A stretch of DNA of 64,000 nt from Christensenellales bacterium (GTDB taxonomy: Bacteria; Bacillota; Clostridia; Christensenellales; UBA1750): contig JBMNOE010000002.1 of NCBI GenBank assembly GCA_050942895.1, positions 130,710-194,709 of the forward strand, written 5' to 3'. The notes under the pieces are model-generated. The model worked only from the letters and a program-made list of their open reading frames with translations, was not told where the DNA came from and made no database searches. Shown here one piece after another: positions 8,981 to 19,983 of this stretch (its first letter is position 1; each line of letters begins with the position of its first letter). Both the position numbers and the translations under genes were made by a program.

Positions 8981-10606
8981 TTACAGGTGCCTCCTTCTAA
9001 GCCATACAACTATGCCAATCAGCAAAACCACCAGGGGTATTCCTATGGCGCCCACGCCTGCGGCCACATATATCTGCGTGTAAGAGGTGAAGCTTAAAAC
9101 ATCCTCCATCATGCTCTTGCCGATGATGTTGACCACTTCGGTGTCCTCGTTTTGCATATATTTGACTGTCTGCAGGAACAGATCCGCGTTTCCTCCCAGG
9201 GTATAATATGACGTGAGGAATGCGTTGGAGCCGAAAACCACCATCCTTGCGTTCTTCGTGGGATCTGCATGATCGTTTATCATCTCCGCGGACATGGCAA
9301 TCACAAATGGGCCGTCGGTATCGCCCTCCTCTTTTTCGATAACCGTGGACTGAAGGTTCGTCTTGCCGTATGATGTGTCGGATGTGGTCAGTATGTTTTC
9401 AACCGTCAGCAAGCTGTTGCGGATATCAAGGTTTACCAGGGAGTGGCTGCCCTGCATGTATGCCGCCAGATTATTCGACCTGAGGGTGGATGTAACCTTA
9501 TGGCTGCCAAGCTGCGGAACCACCACCGAGGGCGAATAGAAGTAGTAATTTGCGCTGCCTTCAACAACTACATCCCTGCTCATGCCGATGCCGAAAACGC
9601 TCAGCAGTTCCTCAAAGTTGGGCAGCTCCAGCCCCGGTGTGGAAAGGTATATCAGCCTTCCTCCTTGGTTCATGAAGCCTTTAAGCTGCTCCAGCTCCTC
9701 GCTTGAAATATCCCTTTGGGGGGCGGTAATCACCAGAGTATCGCCCGAGACCAGCGCCCCAAGGCCCATGGACTCGATGGTCAGGCACTCAAAGTTCTCC
9801 CTTTGCAGGTAGGTCTGAATGTCGCTGTAGTAGGATATGGGTGTTTCGCCGTGGCCGCTGTACCAGTAAACTTTTGGCGATGTTTCGCTGTTGACATACA
9901 AAAGCGCGTTTGTCAAAGCGTCCTCACCCTTGAAGGCGGCGTCGATGATCTGCGAGTAGGTGCTGTCGTATTGATACTGATAAAAATCAGACTGGGTCAA
10001 TACCCTGAACTTGCTGGCGTCCTCTCGGGAAACTATGACCGATCCGCCGCTGATGGCGCTGATGGCACCCCCAAGGAACTGGTTTGTGAAGGTCGGGTTC
10101 GCAGTGGGGTCAACATATTCAACCTTCACAAGGCTGTTTTGCTTTTGGATATTGTCAAACAGCTTCACATAGTCCGGGTAGCTGTCCTTGGTCGCCTCCG
10201 GGAACATGGCGTATATGTATATATCCTTGTCCAGCCTGTTTATGACGTTCTTGCTGGTCTGGGAAAGGGTATACTTTCTGTTCCTAGTAAGGTCCAGGTT
10301 AAGGTCAAGGCTGTTGGTCAAAGCGGTCACGCCAATGTTTACCGCCACAACCGCCACCAGGACGATCAATATCAGCACAGTGCTGTATGTGCCGTATTTC
10401 ACATTTTTGGATTCACGAAAGCGCCTGAAGAATCCGGATATGCTTTTGCCGGCTTTTTTCCTGCTGCCTTCGCCTTTTCCTTCTTTTTCTTCCTGACCGC
10501 CTTGGACTCTATCCTTGCTCTCGTCCATTTCTTTTTCTTCTTTAATTTCTTTTACTTCTTTCATATCCTTGTTCTCGTTAATATTATTGCTCATATCAGC
10601 TTTCAC
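8981..10606 (-). CDS. GldG-family ABC-transporter auxiliary component.
   Basis: 541 aa. It has a Lys/Glu-rich N-terminus, an N-terminal TM segment, a large extracytoplasmic domain and a C-terminal TM segment. It sits downstream of the ABC-2 permease and ATPase. Confidence 0.6.
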   Translation of the reverse strand: MKADMSNNINENKDMKEVKEIKEEKEMDESKDRVQGGQEEKEGKGEGSRKKAGKSISGFFRRFRESKNVKYGTYSTVLILIVLVAVVAVNIGVTALTNSLDLNLDLTRNRKYTLSQTSKNVINRLDKDIYIYAMFPEATKDSYPDYVKLFDNIQKQNSLVKVEYVDPTANPTFTNQFLGGAISAISGGSVIVSREDASKFRVLTQSDFYQYQYDSTYSQIIDAAFKGEDALTNALLYVNSETSPKVYWYSGHGETPISYYSDIQTYLQRENFECLTIESMGLGALVSGDTLVITAPQRDISSEELEQLKGFMNQGGRLIYLSTPGLELPNFEELLSVFGIGMSRDVVVEGSANYYFYSPSVVVPQLGSHKVTSTLRSNNLAAYMQGSHSLVNLDIRNSLLTVENILTTSDTSYGKTNLQSTVIEKEEGDTDGPFVIAMSAEMINDHADPTKNARMVVFGSNAFLTSYYTLGGNADLFLQTVKYMQNEDTEVVNIIGKSMMEDVLSFTSYTQIYVAAGVGAIGIPLVVLLIGIVVWLRRRHL

Positions 10607-11315
10607 TCCATCTTCTTCTCTCGATGACCCTGGCGGTTAAAAACGCGAACACGCCGAAGAACGACAGCATGTAGACTATGTCGGAAAGAGAGATTATGCC
10701 GTATGCAAAGTTATAAAACCTGGCGTATATGTCCACCGAGCCGATGATATCGTCAAGGAAGGGCAGAAAGTCCACCTTGGCGTAAACGGCTATCGAGCCC
10801 GCGAAGTACAGGGCGATCATGGCGCCAAAGCCCAGTATGGCGGCTGTGACCTGGCTTTCTGTCAAGGCCGACATCAGTGCGCCCACAGCTATCAGCCCGC
10901 AGCCCAGCAGAAAGAAGCCGAAATAGCCTGTGAAAACCTCACCGTAGGCAGGCGCGCCGAATATGTCGATAATTATTACATATATAAATGTTATAAGGAG
11001 CGTGATCAGGAAGATGAAACATGCGGCAAATATCTTGCCCAGCACCATTGAGCCTATTGAAACAGGCGAAGTCAGCAGAAGCTGGTCCGTCTTTGTCCTG
11101 CGCTCATCGCTGAATAGCTTCATGGTCAGTATCGGCACCACTATCATGAACAGGAACTGAAGATTCCCAAGAAGGGTTCCAATGGACGCGGACATGCTCA
11201 TGATATTGCTCATTGCAAAAAAGATTCCGCTTATGAGAAGAAACATGCCCATGAACACAAAGCCGATGGCGCTTTGCAAATAGGCCCTCACTTCTCTTTT
11301 AAAAATGGCAAACAT
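10596..11315 (-). CDS. ABC-2 family transporter permease (GldF-like).
   Basis: Polytopic membrane protein of 239 aa. Its start overlaps the ATPase stop. Confidence 0.7.
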   Translation of the reverse strand: MFAIFKREVRAYLQSAIGFVFMGMFLLISGIFFAMSNIMSMSASIGTLLGNLQFLFMIVVPILTMKLFSDERRTKTDQLLLTSPVSIGSMVLGKIFAACFIFLITLLITFIYVIIIDIFGAPAYGEVFTGYFGFFLLGCGLIAVGALMSALTESQVTAAILGFGAMIALYFAGSIAVYAKVDFLPFLDDIIGSVDIYARFYNFAYGIISLSDIVYMLSFFGVFAFLTARVIERRRWSES

Positions 11316-12262
11316 TATTCAATTTCCTCCTTTTCTGCGGTAACGCGAAGGAATATGTCCTCAAGGGTGAATTCCATGGGCTTAAGCATTATGATGGGCC
11401 TGCCCGCTTTGGCAAGGGCAACGAAAAGGGGCCTTCTGACATCCGTCCTGCTGCTGGATTCGACAATAAAATCGCAGCTGTCGGCCTCCTTGACGCCCAT
11501 CGACTGAGCGTATGTGACTCCCGGCACGCTTTTAAGTATCTTTAGCGTCTGTTTTTCATCCCCATGGATGCGGATGCTCAGATGGGCGGCTTCGTTCATG
11601 CCGCTGGTGAGGTTTGAAAGCAGATCGCTGGCGACGATCTTTCCCTTGTTGATTATAACAACCCTTTCGCAGACATCCGCCACCTCCGGCAGTATGTGGG
11701 AGGAAAGAACCACGGTGTGGTGTTTGCCCAGCTCTTTTATCAGCCTTCTGATATCGATAATCTGGCGCGGGTCAAGGCCGACGGTGGGCTCGTCCATAAT
11801 GACCACCTTGGGGTTGCCAACAAGCGCCTGGGCAAGGCCCACACGCTGCTTATAACCCTTAGAAAGGTTCTTGATCATTCGGCCATAGACATCGCCTATT
11901 TTGACAAGATCGATTATATCGTCTATATGCCCCGTCTGCTTGTTCCTTAAAACGCCCTTTATATCGCACACGAAGTGCAGGTAGTCCTTCACCGTCATCT
12001 CCATGTAAAGGGGCGGCTGCTCCGGCAGATAGCCGATCTGCCTCTTGAATTCCCGAGGGTTTTCAAGGATGTCTATGCCGTCCAGCTTAACGGAGCCGGC
12101 ATTAGAGGATATGTAGCCGGTGACGATGTTCATCGTCGTGGTTTTACCGGCGCCGTTCCTGCCAAGGAAGCCGAGAATCTCGCCGTCGTTGATGTTGAAG
12201 GATACGTCATCAACGGCAAGCTTATCGCCATAACGCTTGGTGATATTTTTTATTTCAATCAA
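11315..12262 (-). CDS. ABC transporter ATP-binding protein (GldA-like).
   Basis: Walker A GRNGAGKTT, signature LSKGYKQR and Walker B VVIMDEP. Confidence 0.9.
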   Translation of the reverse strand: MIEIKNITKRYGDKLAVDDVSFNINDGEILGFLGRNGAGKTTTMNIVTGYISSNAGSVKLDGIDILENPREFKRQIGYLPEQPPLYMEMTVKDYLHFVCDIKGVLRNKQTGHIDDIIDLVKIGDVYGRMIKNLSKGYKQRVGLAQALVGNPKVVIMDEPTVGLDPRQIIDIRRLIKELGKHHTVVLSSHILPEVADVCERVVIINKGKIVASDLLSNLTSGMNEAAHLSIRIHGDEKQTLKILKSVPGVTYAQSMGVKEADSCDFIVESSSRTDVRRPLFVALAKAGRPIIMLKPMEFTLEDIFLRVTAEKEEIE

Positions 12263-12633
12263 GGCTTTTCCCTCCTTTAGGTCTAAAATGGATTATACAG
12301 ATTTCTTTTTACAAGCATATGAACTTTTTGTAAACAAGCCGCATTAATGCCTGTCTTAGCTGCATTTGTGTTTTTGCCGCGGTTTGATGGGCTCTTTCAC
12401 ATTTTCTTTCACCTTATTCGCCTTCCATATATCCTGTCGACACAAAGAGCCCCACAGCTTCTATTTATAAGGTTTCATCAGCATTTTGTCAAATAGAAAC
12501 ATTTTTATGCGCCACGGGGCAACAATTTGCGCGGCCGAGGCTGTGTATACTCATGCCATACGCGAAGGATATTTAATACAAGCCGGTTAAGCACCGCTGA
12601 AAAAAGCTGAAAAAAGCAGGAGGGGATTTGGTC

Positions 12634-13398
12634 ATGACTGTATATGTTGAAGCATATGCTTTTATTAACATAGCCATGGATTTATTCCTGCTGACCCTGT
12701 GCTCGCTTCTTTCGGCAAAAAGACTAAAGCCTCTGGGGACAGCCCTGGGCTGCGCTTTGGGCGGGGCGTATTCAATCGCCGCTTATACGGTTTTTTCAGG
12801 GGCGCTTTTGGGCTTTGCCGCAAAAACTGTGTGCACGGCGCTGATGGTTTTTCTGGCCTTCGGCAAAACGAAGCCTCTGCTTTATTTTAAACTTTTTGCG
12901 GGTTTTTACGCAGCCTCCTTTGCCGTTGGAGGCACGGGCTTTGGCCTGAGCTATCTGCTGGGGCGCGGCGGCTTCGGCTACGGCGCCATGGTTTTGACGG
13001 TTTTAGCCACCACAGGGATAGTATACCTTATTTTGGGCAGCAAAAAAGCGCGCGTTTTTTCGAGGTGGCGGCTGCCGGTGATAATCGAGGGCGAAGGCGG
13101 CAGCATAAAAATGGAGGCATTCATCGACAGCGGCAACCTGCTGACGGAACCGATAACCGCTTTGCCGGTGGCCATCTGCTTTTCCAGCAGCGCGAAGAGC
13201 CTGTTGAAGCCCTCGGGGCTGATGGCGGGGTTCAGCTCCATCGGCGGGGGCGGCGAGCTGATGCTCTATTCCCCCAGGGCGGTTTACGCTGTGAAAAGGG
13301 GGCGCAGGGAAAGGCTTGGCGACATATACATCGCCTTTTCCGCCGCTGAAAAAAGCGACGATATCGACCTGCTGATACCTCCGTCCGCAATCGTTTAG
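12634..13398 (+). CDS. spoIIGA: Sporulation sigma-E processing peptidase SpoIIGA.
   Basis: Membrane N-domain plus a C-domain with the FIDSGN aspartic-protease motif. Directly upstream of sigE. AGGAGG lies 10 nt upstream of the ATG at 12634. Confidence 0.85.
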   Translation: MTVYVEAYAFINIAMDLFLLTLCSLLSAKRLKPLGTALGCALGGAYSIAAYTVFSGALLGFAAKTVCTALMVFLAFGKTKPLLYFKLFAGFYAASFAVGGTGFGLSYLLGRGGFGYGAMVLTVLATTGIVYLILGSKKARVFSRWRLPVIIEGEGGSIKMEAFIDSGNLLTEPITALPVAICFSSSAKSLLKPSGLMAGFSSIGGGGELMLYSPRAVYAVKRGRRERLGDIYIAFSAAEKSDDIDLLIPPSAIV

Positions 13399-13458
13399 CT
13401 TTTGTTTTTATTGCCATTTAGGCATAAGTTTTTTATTTTTTTACATAAGGAGGCCAAT

Positions 13459-14175
13459 ATGGGTGCTTTTAAAAGGATTATCTCTTTTTTCAGCCGGCTA
13501 ATATTAAAGCTTACCGCCAAAAGGCAGCCGGTGCACTACATCGGCGGAAGCGAATCCCTGCCTGCTCCCCTGCCCCTGGAGGAGGAACAGAAGATGGTTC
13601 GTCTCTGGGCTCAGGGCGATGAATGCGCCCGGGCAAAGCTTATAGAGCATAATCTGCGCTTGGTGGTTTACATCGCAAAAAAGTTCGAATCGACGCCTGT
13701 CGGGATCGAGGATCTTGTGTCCATCGGCGCCATAGGCCTGATAAAGGCTGTCAACACATTCGATCCTGAGAAGAAGATAAAGCTTGCCACCTATGCCAGC
13801 CGCTGCATCGAAAACGAGATATTGATGTACCTTCGCAGAAACAACAAGCTGCGCTTTGAGGTATCCTTCGAGGAACCTTTGAACATCGACTGGGACGGCA
13901 ACGAGCTTCTCCTTTCCGATATTTTAGGCACCGACCCGAACCTTGTTTCCAGCGGGATCGAGAGCGAGGTGGAAAAATCCCTTCTAAGAGATGCCCTGTC
14001 CCAGCTCTCCGAGCGCGAGCAGCGGATTATGCGCCTGCGGTTTGGCCTTATCGGCGAAACTGAGCGCACACAGAAGGAAATCGCAGATATGATGGGCATC
14101 TCCCAGTCGTACATCTCCCGCCTTGAAAAAAGGATAATGAAACGGCTGAAGAAACAAATCTCCTCCGTCATCTGA
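13459..14175 (+). CDS. sigE: RNA polymerase sporulation sigma factor sigma-E (pro-sigma-E).
   Basis: Sigma-70 regions 2 to 4 ([12 protein letters not shown]...; [11 protein letters not shown]). Follows spoIIGA. AGGAGG RBS. Confidence 0.9.
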   Translation: MGAFKRIISFFSRLILKLTAKRQPVHYIGGSESLPAPLPLEEEQKMVRLWAQGDECARAKLIEHNLRLVVYIAKKFESTPVGIEDLVSIGAIGLIKAVNTFDPEKKIKLATYASRCIENEILMYLRRNNKLRFEVSFEEPLNIDWDGNELLLSDILGTDPNLVSSGIESEVEKSLLRDALSQLSEREQRIMRLRFGLIGETERTQKEIADMMGISQSYISRLEKRIMKRLKKQISSVI

Positions 14176-14359
14176 TATCAGCGGGTGATAAAATGGCAAA
14201 CATGCAGAGCAGAGCAAGGCCGGTAAGAAGAATAAAAAAGGTAAAAAAGACAGAAAAGGCAAAATATGGTAATAAGCGACAAAGCTTTCGTTTTTTCCTC
14301 CGTATAAAAATGATTCAATCAACAAAAACTGGAGGTGTAATGAAAACGGAGGTGGAATC

Positions 14360-15133
14360 GTGGCTATAACAAAAGTAGAGATATGCGGCGTAGACACATC
14401 CAAGCTGCCCAGGCTTACCAGCGCCCAGATGACCGAACTGATGGCTAAGGTGAAGGCCGGCGACGAGGACGCAAGGCAGGAGTTCATTGAGGGAAACCTG
14501 CGCCTTGTTTTAAGCGTTATACAGCGCTTTAACAATCGCGGCGAGTCTGTCGACGACCTTTTCCAGGTGGGCTGCATCGGCCTTATTAAGTCCATAGATA
14601 ATTTTGATACAACTTTGGGCGTGCGCTTTTCCACATACGCCGTGCCAATGATAATCGGCGAGATACGGCGCTATCTGAGGGATAATAACCCTATACGGGT
14701 CAGCCGTTCTTTGCGGGATACGGCGTACAAGGCCCTTCAGGCAAGGGACAAGCTCTCCGCCCTTTTCCAGCGCGAGCCCACAATCGAGGACATTGCCAAG
14801 GAAACAGGCATTGAAAAAGAGGATATTGCCTTCGCCCTTGAAGCCATACAGGATCCGGTTTCCATATTCGACCCCATATACCACGACAGCGACGACGCAA
14901 TTTTTATTATGGACCAAATAAAAGACGAAAAAGCTATAGAAGAAGCCTGGCTTACAAATGTCGCAATTAAAGAAGCGATGAGCAGGCTTAACGAGAGGGA
15001 AAAGAAGATTCTTAACATGCGCTTTTTCCAGGGACGGACCCAGATGGAGGTAGCCAGAGAGATTGGCATTTCTCAGGCGCAGGTATCCCGTCTGGAAAAA
15101 AACGCCCTCGGCCACATGAGAAAGCATGTATAG
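14360..15133 (+). CDS. sigG: RNA polymerase sporulation sigma factor sigma-G, starting at GTG.
   Basis: Sigma-70 family with an N-terminus of the VEICGVDTSKLPRL type, characteristic of SigG/SigF. Follows sigE. Confidence 0.85.
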   Translation: MAITKVEICGVDTSKLPRLTSAQMTELMAKVKAGDEDARQEFIEGNLRLVLSVIQRFNNRGESVDDLFQVGCIGLIKSIDNFDTTLGVRFSTYAVPMIIGEIRRYLRDNNPIRVSRSLRDTAYKALQARDKLSALFQREPTIEDIAKETGIEKEDIAFALEAIQDPVSIFDPIYHDSDDAIFIMDQIKDEKAIEEAWLTNVAIKEAMSRLNEREKKILNMRFFQGRTQMEVAREIGISQAQVSRLEKNALGHMRKHV

Positions 15134-15204
15134 TCCGCAATCGCTTGGGCCTCGGCCTATGGCCGAGGCCCAAGCAGCACTTGTCTGTTCGCAATATCGA
15201 CCGC

Positions 15205-17631
15205 CTATAAAACCTCGTATATTCCGGTGATACTGTCGTCCATCAACACCATCAGATAAGGGCTGCCCTTTGATGAGCGCGCCTCGATCATTATCTCGCT
15301 CGCTCCAATGCGCGTTTGTTCGCCGCTTTTTTGGATCACGATTATCGCCGCCTCCTTGCTGCTCAAAGCCAAAGCCGCAGCAACCTCGCTCCCTTCTGCG
15401 CCGTTCCTGCTCAGCGAATAGGCGCGCGTGCCTTTGCCACCGCGCTTTTGCCTGTCAAAGTCCACTGCCAGCATGCGCTTCCCATATCCCCTGTCGGTGA
15501 AAAGAACCAGCTCGTCCTTGCGGGAAATGAATGCCGCAAACGCCAAGCCGTCAGAGGCATCCAACGCTATCCCCTTCACCCCCGCCGTCGTCCTGCCCGT
15601 AGCCGGAAACTCCCCTTCGCGAGCGCAGACGGCAAAGCCTTTTCTCGACACCATAAAGACGTCCTTGCCCGGTTCAAATACCGCCACAAATTCAAGGCTG
15701 TCATCCCCTTTAAGGGAAATGGCTGCCACCTTGCCGCGGCGCGCACCGTATTCCGCCGCTGCCGTGCGCTTGACCATGCCAAGGCGCGTAAAGAAGAAAT
15801 ATTCGCCTCCGCCTGCTTCAGGAGAAACAGGTATGATCTCGACTACTTTTTCCCCTTCCGACAGGCCGGAAAGCAGCGCCACAAAAGGCATGCCCCTGTC
15901 CTTCAGCCTGCACTCGGGTATCTGCTCCGGATTTACGGTGAAACAATTCCCCTTATCCGTAAAGAAAAGCAGCTTCCAGTCCGTTGCGATGTCGAACTTT
16001 CGCCAGACAACGCCATCGCCTTCCTCCCTGCGCGCAAAGACCTTCTCAGCCATGCGTTTGATAAATCCGTCATGCATGACCGCCACCAATGTCGGCACAG
16101 GCTCCAATTCAGCCGGCACAAATTCGATCTCCGGCTGAACCTCGGTTATTTTCGTCCTTCGGGGATCGGCGAATCGCTTTTTAATGTCGCCCAACTGCGC
16201 CTTGATTACAGACAGCAGCTTTTTTTCGCTGGAAAGAATCCCCTCCAGATAGGCGATCCTCTTTTCAAGCTCTGCAAGCTCGTTTTTAAGGTTCAAAATT
16301 TCAAGACCCGTCAGCCTTTGCAGGCGCAAATCCAGTATGGCCTGAGCCTGTACGTCCGTGAGTGCAAAGCGGATCATCAAAAGCTCCCGCGCCTCCTTGG
16401 GCGTCTTGCTGGAGCGGATAAGCCTTATGACCTCGTCAATATTCTCAACGGCGATAATCAGGCCATTAAGCACATGGGCACGGGCCAAAGCGCCCTCCAA
16501 CTCATGGCGTGTAGCCCTTGTGACGACCTCCCTGCGGTGGCGGATGTAATAATCGTTCACCTGCTTAATGCCGAGCTGCATGGGCTTGCCCTCGGCGATG
16601 GCCACCATGTTCACTCCAAATGTAGTTTGCAGATCGCTGTATTTGTAAAGGCAGGCCAAAATCCGGTCAACATCCGCGTCCTTTCTAAGCTCTACAACAG
16701 CCCGCATCCCCATCCTGTCGCTCTCGTCGCGTATGTCATATATTCCCGCCAGATCAGCTTTGCGTTTTTCAGAAAGCTTCAAAATGGAGCTTAAAAGATT
16801 CGCCTTATTTACCTGGTAAGGGATTTCGCTTATCACCAGCAGCTTTCTGCCGGCGCTGCCCTGCTCGACATCCACCTTCGCCCGCACCAGCACCCTGCCC
16901 CTACCGCTTTCATATATCTTTTCAAGGTCATCGCCCCCCACGATAAGGCCGCCCGTAGGAAAGTCCGGCCCCTTCACATGCCTTAAAAGCTCCTTGGTGG
17001 TGATGGCGGGCCTTTCTATCTGGGCGATCACGCCGTCAATGGCCTCACCAAGATTGTGCGGGGGGATGTTGGTGGCAAGGCCGACCGCGATACCATATGC
17101 GCCGTTAACCAGCAGGTTCGGGAAGCCGCCGGGCAAAATGTCCGGCTCCTTGACGCTGTCATCGAAGTTCAAAGAGAAATCCACGGTGTTTTTGTCTATG
17201 CCTTCCAAAAGCTCCAAAGCCAGGGGCATCATCCGGCACTCGGTGTATCGTATGGCCGCCGCCCTGTCGCCGTCGATTGAGCCGAAGTTCCCGTGGCCGT
17301 CCACAAGAGCGCTGCGCATGTTAAAGGGTTGAGCCATCCTCACCAGCGCGTCATAAACGGCGGTGTCGCCATGGGGGTGATATTTTCCCAGGCACTCCCC
17401 CACCACGCGTGCGCACTTTTTATAGGGTTTGTCGGGGGTTAGGCCCAGATCATTCATGGTGTAGAGTATTCGCCGCTGAACGGGCTTGAGGCCGTCCTCC
17501 ACCCTGGGCAGAGCTCTTTCCATTATGACATATTCGGCGTAGGGCATCATCGAGTCATGGACGATCTCCTCCATCGGCTTTTCTATTATCTTTTCATTTA
17601 CAACAATATCATCCTGTTTTTTTCTAGCCAT
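15205..17631 (-). CDS. gyrA: Type IIA topoisomerase subunit A, most like DNA gyrase GyrA.
   Basis: [12 protein letters not shown]...GKYHPHGD and [14 protein letters not shown] motifs, which are GyrA-like rather than ParC-like. Active-site Tyr region and a C-terminal beta-pinwheel with a QKRGGKG heptad. Confidence 0.75.
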   Translation of the reverse strand: MARKKQDDIVVNEKIIEKPMEEIVHDSMMPYAEYVIMERALPRVEDGLKPVQRRILYTMNDLGLTPDKPYKKCARVVGECLGKYHPHGDTAVYDALVRMAQPFNMRSALVDGHGNFGSIDGDRAAAIRYTECRMMPLALELLEGIDKNTVDFSLNFDDSVKEPDILPGGFPNLLVNGAYGIAVGLATNIPPHNLGEAIDGVIAQIERPAITTKELLRHVKGPDFPTGGLIVGGDDLEKIYESGRGRVLVRAKVDVEQGSAGRKLLVISEIPYQVNKANLLSSILKLSEKRKADLAGIYDIRDESDRMGMRAVVELRKDADVDRILACLYKYSDLQTTFGVNMVAIAEGKPMQLGIKQVNDYYIRHRREVVTRATRHELEGALARAHVLNGLIIAVENIDEVIRLIRSSKTPKEARELLMIRFALTDVQAQAILDLRLQRLTGLEILNLKNELAELEKRIAYLEGILSSEKKLLSVIKAQLGDIKKRFADPRRTKITEVQPEIEFVPAELEPVPTLVAVMHDGFIKRMAEKVFARREEGDGVVWRKFDIATDWKLLFFTDKGNCFTVNPEQIPECRLKDRGMPFVALLSGLSEGEKVVEIIPVSPEAGGGEYFFFTRLGMVKRTAAAEYGARRGKVAAISLKGDDSLEFVAVFEPGKDVFMVSRKGFAVCAREGEFPATGRTTAGVKGIALDASDGLAFAAFISRKDELVLFTDRGYGKRMLAVDFDRQKRGGKGTRAYSLSRNGAEGSEVAAALALSSKEAAIIVIQKSGEQTRIGASEIMIEARSSKGSPYLMVLMDDSITGIYEVL

Positions 17632-19591
17632 CCACGCTCACCTGCCTTTCAAAGGAATCCTCCCGGTTAAAGTCCGCATGTTTGCTGATATACTGCTTTC
17701 GCGGCTCCACCTTGTCGCCCAAGAGTATGGTCACCAGCCTGTCCGCCTCGGCGGCGTCGTCCAAAGTTATGCGCATCAAAGAACGGTTCTGGGGGCTTAG
17801 CGTCGTCTCCCAGAGCTGCTCCGGGTTCATCTCGCCAAGGCCCTTGTACCGCTGGATGGAATAACCCTTGCCTATCTTCTTTATGGCTGCGCCAAGCTGC
17901 TTGTCGTCATAGGCGTAGACCTCCTTATTGCCCTTTGAAACCTTGTAAAGGGGGGGCATGCCGATGTAAATATGGCCCTGAGACACCAACGGCTTCATAT
18001 ACCGGAAGAAGAAGGCCAGTAATATGGCTCTTATATGGGCGCCGTCCTGGTCGGCGTCGGAGAGTATGACCACCTTATCGTATTTTAGGCCCTTGATGTC
18101 GAAATCACGGTCAAGTCCGGTGCCAAGGGCGGTTATTATTGATCTGAACTCCTCATTTGCAAGCACCTGGTCAATCTGCTTTTTTTCGGCGTTCAAAGGT
18201 TTCCCCCTCAAAGGCAGTATGGCCTGAAAACGCCTGTCCCTCCCCTGCTTGGCGCTGCCGCCCGCGCTGTCGCCCTCGACGATAAACAGCTCGTTCTGCT
18301 TGGCGTTTTTTCCGGTGCAGCTTGAAAGCTTGCCCACCAAAGCCGCTGTTTCCAGTGTGGATTTAGCCCTTGCCACGTCCTTCGCCTTGCGTGCGGCTTC
18401 CCTCACCTTCGCCGCCTGCACAGCCTTGCCCACTATTATCTGCGCCGTCTGCGCATTCCTGAGATCATCCAAAAAGAGCATCAGCGTCTCGGAGATGATC
18501 GATTCCACTATGGGCCGCACCTCGCTGTTGCCCAGCTTGCCCTTTGTCTGCCCCTCAAACTGGGGGTTTATAACCTGGCAGGCCAAAACGGCAGTCATGC
18601 CCTCGCGGAAATCGTCGCCGCTTAAGTTGCCGTCCTTGTCCTTGAGGACGCCGTTTTTGCGGGAGTAGTCGTTCAGCACCTTTGTCATGGCGGCCTTCAT
18701 GCCCGCCTCGTGGCTGCCGCCGTCAGCAGTGGGTATATTGTTCACATATGAAAACAGGGATTCGGTATAGCCGTCTGTGTGCTGAATGGCGCAGGCGATG
18801 TTCACGCCGTCCTTGCTGCCCTCCAGCAAAATCGGCTTTTCAAAAAGCGCGTCCTTGTCGGCGTTCAAGTACAGCACATAGTCTGCGATGCCGCCGTCGT
18901 ACTTGTAGTTTTCAATCCTCGCGCCGCCCTTTTGCCGCTCGTCCGCAAAGACTATCGAAATGCCCTTGTTAAGATAGGCCAGCTCACGCAGCCTTCTGGC
19001 AATGCTGTCACCATTGAAAATAGTGCTTTCAAAGACGGTCTTGTCCGGCATGAAGGTGGTCTTCGAGCCATGCTTGCGGGTGTTCCCAACTTTTTCAAGG
19101 GGCCCCTTCGGCACGCCTGACATCATCTTTTTCTTTTCAGAGTCATAATATGAGTGAAACTCCTGGCGGTAATGGCTCCAGTCCTTGTATATGTCGATTA
19201 TCATATAAGAAGAAAGGGCGTTCACCACCGATGCGCCCACCCCATGCAGGCCGCCTGAATATGTGTAGTTGTCGTGGTTGAACTTGCCCCCTGCATGAAG
19301 CTGTGTGTGTATGACCTGCACCGCCGAAACGCCCAACTGCGGGTGGATGTCCACCGGCATTCCCCGGCCGTTATCCTCCACCACTGCGCTGCCGTCCCTT
19401 TGGATGGTCACCTTGACCTCGCTGGCAAAGCCCATGGAAGCCTCGTCGATTGAATTATCCACTATTTCCCACAGCAGATGATGCAGCCCCTTCAGGTCAG
19501 TTGTACCGATATACATACCCGGGCGCTGGCGAACCGCGTCAAGGCCCTCCAGCACCTGGATATCTTTTGCTTCATACGTTCCTTTTGGCAT
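17624..19591 (-). CDS. gyrB: Type IIA topoisomerase subunit B (GyrB).
   Basis: GHKL ATPase motifs ([16 protein letters not shown]), a TOPRIM domain ([10 protein letters not shown]) and a C-terminal tail. The stop overlaps the subunit A start. Confidence 0.8.
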   Translation of the reverse strand: MPKGTYEAKDIQVLEGLDAVRQRPGMYIGTTDLKGLHHLLWEIVDNSIDEASMGFASEVKVTIQRDGSAVVEDNGRGMPVDIHPQLGVSAVQVIHTQLHAGGKFNHDNYTYSGGLHGVGASVVNALSSYMIIDIYKDWSHYRQEFHSYYDSEKKKMMSGVPKGPLEKVGNTRKHGSKTTFMPDKTVFESTIFNGDSIARRLRELAYLNKGISIVFADERQKGGARIENYKYDGGIADYVLYLNADKDALFEKPILLEGSKDGVNIACAIQHTDGYTESLFSYVNNIPTADGGSHEAGMKAAMTKVLNDYSRKNGVLKDKDGNLSGDDFREGMTAVLACQVINPQFEGQTKGKLGNSEVRPIVESIISETLMLFLDDLRNAQTAQIIVGKAVQAAKVREAARKAKDVARAKSTLETAALVGKLSSCTGKNAKQNELFIVEGDSAGGSAKQGRDRRFQAILPLRGKPLNAEKKQIDQVLANEEFRSIITALGTGLDRDFDIKGLKYDKVVILSDADQDGAHIRAILLAFFFRYMKPLVSQGHIYIGMPPLYKVSKGNKEVYAYDDKQLGAAIKKIGKGYSIQRYKGLGEMNPEQLWETTLSPQNRSLMRITLDDAAEADRLVTILLGDKVEPRKQYISKHADFNREDSFERQVSVDG

Positions 19592-19983
19592 CTAAATAAT
19601 AACCTCCCCGGGGCTTTAACTGGAATTTTGTCAAGAAACATGATAACACATATGTTCCCCTTTATGCAAATATTAACTGGGTTCTCTTGGAAAAAGCAGG
19701 CTGTTGTGTTATGCTCGTACTATTCGTAGGGCGCTGATCAATTAAACCCGAAATGCATTAAACCCGGCTTATACCCGCAATCCACGCATGTTGTTAAGCT
19801 CTGCGGCGGCCAGATGTCCTCTCGCCGCAAGCATGGTGTATTCTTCCATGCAAGTCATGAAAAAATTCATTAGGACGAAAAGCAAAGCTCTGAAAGCCCA
19901 AATCCGCAAGGACGGCTTAGAACGTTTTAGCATAAAAAGCCGCCCCGTAAAGGGCGGTAAAATAAAAAGCCGGAGGTTTCTAT

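Noticed and set aside
9716-10627. 303-aa plus-strand ORF.
   Set aside because: It is antisense to the GldG-like gene. The 3' part merely translates the Lys/Glu-rich low-complexity region on the wrong strand as poly-Phe.
15316-16794. 492-aa plus-strand ORF, together with the nested 236-aa ORF at 15428-16138.
   Set aside because: It is entirely antisense to the well-supported gyrA gene. It is a typical long open frame on the opposite strand of a GC-rich gene, with no motifs and no RBS.
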